Positions 27,746-33,397 of a stretch of DNA of 41,036 bases are shown one piece after another. The notes beneath the pieces are model-generated. The model had not been told where the DNA came from and searched no databases. It saw only the letters and a list, made by a program, of their open reading frames with translations. Source of the stretch: a virus. The position numbers were made by a program, and so were the translations under genes. Position 1 is the first letter of the stretch. Every line of letters starts with the position of its first letter. Where the stretch lies: the IMG/VR virus record IMGVR_UViG_3300029612_000018; one strand, 5' to 3'.

Positions 27746-27793
27746 GCAAACAAGCCGATGTTTAGTATTTATCGGCTGTTTGCCTGTTTTTTT
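27746..27793 (+). terminator. rho-independent terminator
   Basis: GCAAACAAGCCGAT...ATCGGCTGTTTGC stem with one bulged base, followed by CTGTTTTTTT. Confidence 0.75.
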
Positions 27794-27852
27794 AAAAACA
27801 TTTTTTGCGTTAAAACTTGATTTTTTGTGCTAAAAATTGATTTTTTGATTCA

Positions 27853-27874
27853 AAATCCAACACGAAATCCAACA
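27853..27874 (+). repeat. 22-bp direct repeat, copy B (candidate integrase arm-type site)
   Basis: Identical to 27636-27657. It lies 5 nt beyond the integrase stop codon. Confidence 0.7.
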
Positions 27875-27879
27875 TGAAA

Positions 27880-28917
27880 TTATGCTTTCTTTTGATTGTT
27901 CGTTTCTTTTGAAAAATTACTTTCAAAAATGTTGATGATTTTGTTATTCATTTCTTCTTGCTTATCTCTAAGAGTGTGTTGATAAATATTTTGCAGAACT
28001 GACACAGATTTCCAACCGCCGATTTGGGCAATATGTTTGTCAGGAATACCCATTGCGTGAAGTTCTGAGGCGAAGTAGTGCCTTAGTTTGTGGAATGATA
28101 TATGAGGTATGTCGTTTGTATCGACGAGCTTATTAAAGGCATTAGACAGTTTAGTTGGGGTACAACCGAAATATTTCCATTCTCGCACTTCTTTAATGAT
28201 ATGCGGGGGAAGAGGTACAAATCGGTTTCCGGCATTAGTCTTTGGCGGTTTAATAACAATGTTATTATCTTTGTCGTAGACAGCGGCTTTGTTCACGGTG
28301 ATACCTATATCTGTAATGTCGTCGGGAGTTAATGCGCAGATTTCAGAACGGCGAAGGCTGCCCGAACTTGCAAGCAAGATAGGCACACGGATAAAGTCAT
28401 TTGCATTATCAAGCAATGTATTGATTTCGGCAGTTGTCGGTATTGTGTACTTGGGTTCGACCTTTTGTGGAAGTCTTGTTGTGAGAGTTAATTGAGGTTT
28501 ATATGCTCCCAACACAGCGGACAACAGTCCGTGCGAATTTCGTACAGATTTAGGAGAATATGTGGCAGACATCTCATTAACTGCCACTTGGATATGCTCT
28601 TGTGTTATTACACTGAGCTTCATCGGCATAAGGCTCTTGAAGTCATTTCTTAAATTTTTCTCGTATCCGTCAATGGTTGACGGAGCAAGAACAGAAGATT
28701 TACTGTCAATATATCTTCGGTACGCTTGTGCAAGAGTCATATTAGTGTATGTCAGCTCTCTGTTCTCACGATCGTGCGTGAACTCCATTGCCATATACTC
28801 GGCTTCTTTTTTTGTTTGGGCTGTAAATGACTTGTAGTGCCATTTACCGTTTTCGTCTTTGTAGTCAGGTACTAAAACACGATAGTTGCCCGATTTCAGT
28901 TTTTTGGCTTTTGCCAT
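27880..28917 (-). CDS. int: tyrosine recombinase / phage integrase
   Basis: 345 aa. C-terminal catalytic signature (RRSEI..., HKLRHYFAS, GGWKS...YQH). The N-terminal KSGNYRVLV...GKWHYKSF block resembles an arm-binding domain. It is adjacent to the attP-like region. Confidence 0.9.
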   Translation of the reverse strand: MAKAKKLKSGNYRVLVPDYKDENGKWHYKSFTAQTKKEAEYMAMEFTHDRENRELTYTNMTLAQAYRRYIDSKSSVLAPSTIDGYEKNLRNDFKSLMPMKLSVITQEHIQVAVNEMSATYSPKSVRNSHGLLSAVLGAYKPQLTLTTRLPQKVEPKYTIPTTAEINTLLDNANDFIRVPILLASSGSLRRSEICALTPDDITDIGITVNKAAVYDKDNNIVIKPPKTNAGNRFVPLPPHIIKEVREWKYFGCTPTKLSNAFNKLVDTNDIPHISFHKLRHYFASELHAMGIPDKHIAQIGGWKSVSVLQNIYQHTLRDKQEEMNNKIINIFESNFSKETNNQKKA

Positions 28918-28927
28918 AATATCATCT

Positions 28928-28945
28928 CCTGTAATGTGGTATCGG
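28928..28945 (-). repeat. 18-mer CCGATACCACATTACAGG, copy 6 (minus strand, upstream of int)
   Basis: The plus strand reads CCTGTAATGTGGTATCGG. On the minus strand the 18-mer ends 10 nt before the int ATG and merges with its RBS (ACAGGAG). Confidence 0.9.
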
Positions 28946-28989
28946 CTCTTGTTCCACCAAGTAAAAATGCCGACACCCTTTCAAATTTT

Positions 28990-29022
28990 CCTCGTACTGT
29001 TCCAGCAGTACGGGGATTTTTT
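28990..29022. terminator. hairpin between the Mrr-like remnant and int; plus-strand terminator-like
   Basis: CCTCGTACTG(TTCCAG)CAGTACGGGG stem with one mismatch, followed by ATTTTTT on the plus strand. On the minus strand it directly follows the stop of the 29021 ORF but lacks a good T-run. Confidence 0.4.
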
Positions 29023-29443
29023 AATTACCAAACCATTTAAAGGCTCGTCTAAATCCTGCTTCTTCTGCTTCAGCCACCGTCATTGCGTAGAATTCCCCTT
29101 TCTTGCTAATTTTAGTAGAATCATATTGTTGGTCGAAAGGCAAATGATATATTTTTGTTTCACCATACATATCACGACCAATATTACATTTTATACATGG
29201 GTAATCATCAACTTCAATATTTTCTTTGAATTTTATACCTAAGTATTTTGCCATTTTCTTAGCCATAGGAGATAGTTGAATATTTGTTATTAAAACTCCC
29301 TTAACATTTTCTTTAGGGCAATTGTGCTCAATGCAATAGCTTGCCATAGTACCATATAGTTGAGTTATATGTTTTTCATGTATTTCTTTTTTTGAACTCC
29401 AATATTTACATTCTCTTGTAGACTTGACCACGGTTGCCGACAT
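29021..29443 (-). pseudogene. N-terminally truncated Mrr-like (restriction endonuclease fold) protein with a C-terminal sunset-type domain
   Basis: The ORF retains ECKYW...VKGVLITN...AKKMA (Mrr_cat-like from the E-x-K onward) and IKCNIGRDMYGETKIYHLPFDQQYDSTKI...AEAEEAGFRRA. The upstream catalytic Asp region is missing, and the 5' end overlaps the relE-like gene in another frame. Confidence 0.5.
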
Positions 29444-29657
29444 CAACAATTGTTATAAGAAGAATATCGTTATTGATTTCATAGATAACACGATAATTGC
29501 CGACACGCAGACGGTAAGCGTTGCTGTTTCCTGACAAGGCTTTTACATCACCGTCAGGAAGTTTTGAAACAGCTTTCAAAATCCGTTCTTGTTGATTACG
29601 GGGCTGAGATTTAATAAACTTCTGAGCCTTTTTGTTCAGTTCAATTTTATACTTCAT
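29406..29657 (-). CDS. RelE/ParE-family type II toxin
   Basis: 83 aa from ATG 29657. Pattern DVKALSG..NAYRLRVGNYRVIYEI...ILLITIVDVGNRGQVY. The start overlaps the upstream stop by ATGA. Confidence 0.8.
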   Translation of the reverse strand: MKYKIELNKKAQKFIKSQPRNQQERILKAVSKLPDGDVKALSGNSNAYRLRVGNYRVIYEINNDILLITIVDVGNRGQVYKRM

Positions 29658-29878
29658 CACAGATTTATCCCCAACTCATTGGCAAAATCTTCAAGGCTGA
29701 CATTTTCGCTTGAGTCAGACGGGTTATTCTTGTATTCGTCATAGAGTTTCTGGCAGTAAGCGTCATCTTCTGCGTCATCTACGATATGTCTTAAACTTTG
29801 CAACATAGTGAGCAGTTCTTCAAGCTGTTCTTCTGAAAAGTCGTTTATAAGGTTAATAATTTTTTCTTTTGCTGACAT
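29657..29878 (-). CDS. putative antitoxin
   Basis: 73 aa from ATG 29878 behind AAGGAGG. Small and acidic, translationally coupled to the toxin by a 4-nt overlap. No family recognised. Confidence 0.5.
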   Translation of the reverse strand: MSAKEKIINLINDFSEEQLEELLTMLQSLRHIVDDAEDDAYCQKLYDEYKNNPSDSSENVSLEDFANELGINL

Positions 29879-29944
29879 ACGGAATCCTCCTTGTTTTATA
29901 GTATTCAAAATTCAATATAAATAATATTTCCTACACGCTTGAAA

Positions 29945-30301
29945 TCAGGCGTGTTTTTCTTTTATGTCTGAAAAATCGGGAGTTGTGTATTTTGCGTTGC
30001 CGATTAAATCTTCTGAATATTCAAGCAATTTTTCTTTTCCGCTGTCATTCAGAAGGCGATAGTTGGAAATCAGTTTACTTTCAACTTGCGTGTAGCTTTG
30101 ACTGTTACTCAAGTCATATAAATCATCAAGAGTAAAACCCATACTATGTACTATAGCTTTTGTACTGGTCAGAAAAGGTTCTTTTGTTTGACCGGCAAAC
30201 AATTTATCAATTGTGCTTTTTGAAATTCCGGTTTCTTCTGAAATCTGTTTTGATGTTTTCCCAGAAATTTTTTTCATTTTTTTTAGCGATTCAAGCCACA
30301 T
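29945..30301 (-). CDS. CI-like repressor (XRE-family HTH)
   Basis: 118 aa from ATG 30301 behind GAGGTG. HTH block TSKQISEETGISKSTIDKLFAGQ. It is divergent from a cro-like gene across a promoter/operator region. Confidence 0.75.
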   Translation of the reverse strand: MWLESLKKMKKISGKTSKQISEETGISKSTIDKLFAGQTKEPFLTSTKAIVHSMGFTLDDLYDLSNSQSYTQVESKLISNYRLLNDSGKEKLLEYSEDLIGNAKYTTPDFSDIKEKHA

Positions 30302-30321
30302 TTTTTTCACCTCACAACTGA

Positions 30322-30350
30322 ATAATACCACCTTCAAATCTATAAGTCAA
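30322..30350 (-). promoter_or_regulatory. leftward promoter for the repressor operon
   Basis: On the minus strand: TTGACT (30350-30345), a 17-nt spacer, then TATTAT (30327-30322). Confidence 0.65.
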
Positions 30351-30391
30351 TAAAAAATTGCCGACTTCGGAAACATTTTTCAAAAAAGGTA

Positions 30392-30420
30392 TTGACAATT
30401 GCGGACGGATATATTATAAT
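30392..30420 (+). promoter_or_regulatory. rightward early promoter (PR-like)
   Basis: Perfect consensus: TTGACA (30392-30397), a 17-nt spacer, then TATAAT (30415-30420). ATTGC-containing operator-like sites lie at about 30357, 30398 and 30428. Confidence 0.8.
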
Positions 30421-30462
30421 GATAGAAATTGCTTATATCGGCAATTTAAGGAGGTGAAAGTA

Positions 30463-30666
30463 ATGAAAAATCTCAAAGCTGAAATGGCAAGAACTGGAGT
30501 TAGCAAGGAAGATATCATGAATCTCTTAGGTTGTTCTCTGAGAACTGTTGACAATAAGTTAGATGAGATAACTGATTTTACTATTCCTGAAGCATTTAAA
30601 ATCAGAGATACTTTCTTCCGTAACATGAGAATGGAATATCTTTTCTGTTCACAGAAAACCGCATAA
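30463..30666 (+). CDS. Cro-like small regulator
   Basis: 67 aa from ATG 30463 behind AAGGAGGTG. It is the first gene of the rightward operon, with an HTH-like segment SKEDIMNLLGCSLRTVDNKL. Confidence 0.6.
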   Translation: MKNLKAEMARTGVSKEDIMNLLGCSLRTVDNKLDEITDFTIPEAFKIRDTFFRNMRMEYLFCSQKTA

Positions 30667-30669
30667 GAA

Positions 30670-30687
30670 CCGATACCACATTACAGG
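30670..30687 (+). repeat. 18-mer CCGATACCACATTACAGG, copy 1
   Basis: Starts 4 nt after the cro-like stop. A conserved extension (AAAATAACTGCAAGGGGGTGAG) runs to the ATG at 30714, 26 nt after the 18-mer. Confidence 0.9.
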
Positions 30688-30713
30688 AAAATAACTGCAA
30701 GGGGGTGAGAAGA

Positions 30714-30869
30714 ATGATGAGTGATGATGACAGAGCAAAGGTTGTAAAGTGCCTTGTGAATTTTATTGAAAGAGTTACAAAAAAAGAACGACCTTCAAAG
30801 GCAGAAGTGGAAGTTCTGCCCGAGGTCGTAAGAGCTTTAAGAGAATTTATTACCGTTCAGAATTCTTAA
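30714..30869 (+). CDS. small hypothetical protein (51 aa)
   Basis: ATG behind the GGGGGTGAG RBS of repeat copy 1. Reads MMSDDDRAKVVKCLVNFIERV... It is below the ORF-track size cutoff and was read manually. Confidence 0.5.
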   Translation: MMSDDDRAKVVKCLVNFIERVTKKERPSKAEVEVLPEVVRALREFITVQNS

Positions 30870-31044
30870 CATCCAAATAAGAATTACCGAGGGTGTCGGC
30901 AATACCGTTGAATAGTGCAGAATAGAATTCAGCTACCTGCTTTCCACCCTTTTCGTCAATTGAAATGCTTAAGTTTGGAGCAATAGCCACTAAAACATCT
31001 TTAGCGACTTTATTTGCCAATTCATCAATTGAATAATTACGCAT
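30850..31044 (-). CDS. minus-strand small ORF (64 aa), function unknown
   Basis: ATG 31044 behind GAGGAGGTGAG. It is convergent with, and overlaps by 20 nt, the 30714 ORF. A TATAAT-containing stretch lies upstream. Confidence 0.55.
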   Translation of the reverse strand: MRNYSIDELANKVAKDVLVAIAPNLSISIDEKGGKQVAEFYSALFNGIADTLGNSYLDVKNSER

Positions 31045-31123
31045 AATAAACTCACCTCCTCTCTGATTATAAATAATATCACGAGTTGAGATGAAATACA
31101 AGTTAAGTAAACAGCGTAAAGAA

Positions 31124-31141
31124 CCGATACCACATTACAGG
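31124..31141 (+). repeat. 18-mer CCGATACCACATTACAGG, copy 2
   Basis: The 44-nt stretch GAACCGATACC...GGGGGTGAG is identical to copy 1. Confidence 0.9.
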
Positions 31142-31166
31142 AAAATAACTGCAAGGGGGTGAGGAA

Positions 31167-31370
31167 ATCAATTCTAAGAAACTCAAAGAGTTAATAAAAA
31201 ATGCAGGCTACACACAGGTAAGACTTGCAGAAGAACTTGACATATCACCCAACTCTCTTTCATCTAAAATAACGGGTAAGTCCGAATTTACTTTAAGAGA
31301 AGCAAAAAAAGTTTGTGAATGTCTTGATATAGCAGACCTGAGCAAAAGGGCAGAGTTGTTTTTGACATAA
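31167..31370 (+). CDS. XRE-family HTH protein lacking a canonical start codon (ATC at the position of the repeat-associated ATG)
   Basis: The frame encodes INSKKLKELIKNAGYTQVRLAEELDISPNSLSSKITGKSEFTLREAKKV... There is no ATG, GTG or TTG between the RBS and the HTH. ATC 31167 aligns with the ATG of copies 1 and 3. Confidence 0.5.
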   Translation: MNSKKLKELIKNAGYTQVRLAEELDISPNSLSSKITGKSEFTLREAKKVCECLDIADLSKRAELFLT

Positions 31371-31371
31371 A

Positions 31372-31666
31372 AAAACAAGCACCGACGGTCCTTTCATCGG
31401 TACTTGTTCCCAATTTTTTTACCTGTGTAAATTGCAGTCAGAAGTGAGTACAAAGGTTTCTCTCGCTTTTTTAACTGGTGAGGAACCAGTGAACTTTGTC
31501 TCAACATCTGACATCAGCAAAAGGACTACCGATTTCTTGATTTACTGCGTCACTTAAGCGGTTTGGCTCCGCTGTGATAGCCTTAGCATTCGCATTTAAC
31601 AGGAACCGGCAAAGTCAAAAGTTTGGTCAAAATAACCAACTCCTTCCTTTTGCCCAAAAATAGGCT
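31372..31666 (-). ncRNA. candidate ~295-nt minus-strand transcript, noncoding or micropeptide-coding
   Basis: It is bounded by a near-consensus minus-strand promoter (31673-31701) and the bidirectional terminator. No ORF above 32 codons. Internal hairpins include ACTGGT/ACCAGT and AGCGG/CCGCT. The only RBS-preceded ORF is 15 codons (TTG 31630). Confidence 0.45.
31374..31420. terminator. bidirectional rho-independent terminator
   Basis: AACAAGCACCGA(11-nt loop)TCGGTACTTGTT stem with one G.T pair. It is flanked by AAAAA on the left and CCCAATTTTTTT on the right, so each strand sees a T-run. Confidence 0.7.
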
Positions 31667-31672
31667 AATTTC

Positions 31673-31701
31673 ATTATACAAATATTTTTGTATAACGTCA
31701 A
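31673..31701 (-). promoter_or_regulatory. strong sigma-A-type promoter on the minus strand
   Basis: On the minus strand: TTGACG (31701-31696), a 17-nt spacer, then TATAAT (31678-31673). Confidence 0.65.
31674..31695. promoter_or_regulatory. perfect 9-bp inverted repeat (operator candidate) overlapping the promoter
   Basis: TTATACAAA-TATT-TTTGTATAA. It overlaps the spacer and -10 of the minus-strand promoter and carries TATAAC on the plus strand. Confidence 0.6.
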
Positions 31702-31712
31702 ATTATTTTAAA

Positions 31713-31730
31713 CCGATACCACATTACAGG
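31713..31730 (+). repeat. 18-mer CCGATACCACATTACAGG, copy 3
   Basis: Followed by GAAATAACTGCAAGGGGGTGAGAGGA and the ATG at 31757, 26 nt after the 18-mer. Confidence 0.9.
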
Positions 31731-31756
31731 GAAATAACTGCAAGGGGGTGAGAGGA

Positions 31757-32020
31757 ATGTTTAAGTTTAAAAAGCGTAAGCGTAAGGAGATATACAACAT
31801 TGCCAAGACAGCCACGTGGGATGTTTTGTGTTCGCCTGAGTTTAGCGAACAGGTCGGAGAAAAATATCCCGATGATATGTTACACAAAAACCGTATGAGC
31901 GTGTGGATTGGAAATTTTAACAGTTACCGGGACCAAAAAATGTTTATGAAACAGTTCAGAAAGTTTGCCACCGAACTTGAGCAGAAGAGAAACCGCCACC
32001 TTTTCTATATTTTTCACTAA
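31757..32020 (+). CDS. hypothetical early protein, paralog 1 of 2
   Basis: 87 aa from ATG 31757. KEIYNIAKTATWDVL...VGEKYP...IGNFNSYRDQKMFMKQFRKFATELE parallels the next ORF. Confidence 0.6.
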   Translation: MFKFKKRKRKEIYNIAKTATWDVLCSPEFSEQVGEKYPDDMLHKNRMSVWIGNFNSYRDQKMFMKQFRKFATELEQKRNRHLFYIFH

Positions 32021-32032
32021 CAGGAGAACAGT

Positions 32033-32398
32033 ATGAACTTAATTGAAAAGATTTCTAAGTTAAAAAAACACTTAGAAAATAAGCATTTTGTGCGCAGTTT
32101 TATGAAGGCAGCTATTATCAAGCGTGAAGAAGTTTACAAGATAACAGAAACCGCCACAAAGGATGTACTGGATTCACTTGACTGCACCGAAAGAATCGGA
32201 GAGAAAGTTCCCTATAAATTGTGGTTTGCCCCTTCCGCAAAATTATTGGTCGGAAATTTTGAGGACAAGACCGACGCTGTTATGTTTATGAAACATTTCG
32301 GAAAATTTATTGCTGAGTTTGAGAAGGAGAGAGGGGGCGGGATAGTTTGTATCTATAATCCCGATACAGACGGATTGCCGCCAAACGGAATAATGTAG
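32033..32398 (+). CDS. hypothetical early protein, paralog 2 of 2
   Basis: 121 aa with RBS AGGAGA. EEVYKITETATKDVL...IGEKVP...VGNFEDKTDAVMFMKHFGKFIAEFE. Confidence 0.6.
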   Translation: MNLIEKISKLKKHLENKHFVRSFMKAAIIKREEVYKITETATKDVLDSLDCTERIGEKVPYKLWFAPSAKLLVGNFEDKTDAVMFMKHFGKFIAEFEKERGGGIVCIYNPDTDGLPPNGIM

Positions 32399-32403
32399 CA
32401 GAC

Positions 32404-32763
32404 TTATCTAAAAAGGGCAATAAGGGAAATGATAAGTGAAGTGACAGAAGCAAAGTAAGGTAAATAATGCAGTATCCAGTTTTTTCTTCTGAACTTTGCA
32501 TATGCAATTCCTTTAGCAGACGGATAGAAGTATGTATATATTCTTTCTTCCTTAGAGTAAATCAAACCACATTCAAGAAGATAGTCCGTACATGTTTTTG
32601 CATAATCTCCATAGTATTTTATGTTATCGGAATCGGATCTCTTTTTCGGAGGCTTAAAAAAATCATCGTGCAGGCTTTCGAGCTTTAAAAGATTTGCTTT
32701 AGGATTTTCGCATATAAATCTGAATATATTTTCTGTCGGTTTGTCAAATTGATAAAATTCCAT
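32404..32763 (-). CDS. minus-strand ORF encoding a C-terminally membrane-anchored protein (119 aa)
   Basis: ATG 32763 behind AAAGGTGG. C-terminal hydrophobic helix WILHYLPYFASVTSLIISLIALF. It is opposite in orientation to the surrounding early genes. Confidence 0.55.
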   Translation of the reverse strand: MEFYQFDKPTENIFRFICENPKANLLKLESLHDDFFKPPKKRSDSDNIKYYGDYAKTCTDYLLECGLIYSKEERIYTYFYPSAKGIAYAKFRRKNWILHYLPYFASVTSLIISLIALFR

Positions 32764-32811
32764 AATTAAACCACCTTTCGTTTTGATTATAACATAACGG
32801 TCAAGACAGAA

Positions 32812-32829
32812 CCGATACCACATTACAGG
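32812..32829 (+). repeat. 18-mer CCGATACCACATTACAGG, copy 4
   Basis: Perfect 18-mer. The downstream leader diverges (AAAATAAAAGTAGGGAGAATCTAT) before the ATG at 32854. Confidence 0.9.
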
Positions 32830-32853
32830 AAAATAAAAGTAGGGAGAATCTAT

Positions 32854-33024
32854 ATGAATGAAATCAGAGTGAAGATTAAAGACCTCATCAAAGAGCTTCA
32901 GATGTTGGAAAGAGACGGCTACGAATGTGCTGACCTCACAATTGAAGAAGCCGAAGAAGGCATTCCGGCTCGCATTATGCTCAGCGACTACGGCTGTGTA
33001 TTTGAATGCAAAGGGGGAGAATGA
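32854..33024 (+). CDS. small acidic protein, tandem paralog 1 of 3 (56 aa)
   Basis: Read manually: MNEIRVKIKDLIKELQMLERDGYECADLTIEEAEEGIPARIMLSDYG... RBS AGGGAG. Confidence 0.55.
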   Translation: MNEIRVKIKDLIKELQMLERDGYECADLTIEEAEEGIPARIMLSDYGCVFECKGGE

Positions 33025-33026
33025 CT

Positions 33027-33206
33027 ATGCAAATAATTAAAGTTAAAATTGATACCTTAATCACTAAACTTGAAGAGATCAAGGCAAGCGGACACGAAAC
33101 GGTGCATTTGTCTATTGTTGAGGGTGTGCCAAAACACAAGATCCCAGCTCATGTTGACCTTGATGCAGACAAGGATTTTCGCTGTGTGCTTGAGGAGAGA
33201 AAGTGA
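33027..33206 (+). CDS. small protein, tandem paralog 2 of 3
   Basis: MQIIKVKIDTLITKLEEIKASGHETVHLSIVEGV... from ATG 33027 behind AAGGGGGAGA. The ORF track starts earlier, at 33006. Confidence 0.55.
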   Translation: MQIIKVKIDTLITKLEEIKASGHETVHLSIVEGVPKHKIPAHVDLDADKDFRCVLEERK

Positions 33207-33397
33207 ACCGAATTACAGTAAGGATTGATGACCTAATCGGTCAGCTTAACGAATTAAAACGAGATGGTGCTGAAAAAGTTTTGCTTGAAATTGAAGAAGG
33301 TGTTGCAGACCCCGAGGAGAATTGTCCGAACAGGATCAATCTGATGTCTGCGTATCACCCGAGTGATTTTTTTGCAGAAGTTTATGAAAGCGACTAG
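33203..33397 (+). CDS. small acidic protein, tandem paralog 3 of 3
   Basis: MNRITVRIDDLIGQLNELKRDGAEKVLLEIEEGV... GTG start overlapping the upstream TGA, with RBS GAGGAG. Confidence 0.55.
   Translation: MNRITVRIDDLIGQLNELKRDGAEKVLLEIEEGVADPEENCPNRINLMSAYHPSDFFAEVYESD

Noticed and set aside
27558-27749. Minus-strand 63-aa ORF from the ORF track
   Set aside because: It runs antisense across the endolysin 3' end and the tRNA-like element. The peptide GGEKGIRTH is the usual translation artefact of a T-arm. It has no RBS.
28886-29242. Plus-strand 118-aa ORF between int and the Mrr-like remnant
   Set aside because: It is antisense to the int start and the remnant gene, has no RBS, and its translation is hydrophobic junk-like. 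A plus-strand terminator-like hairpin lies inside it.
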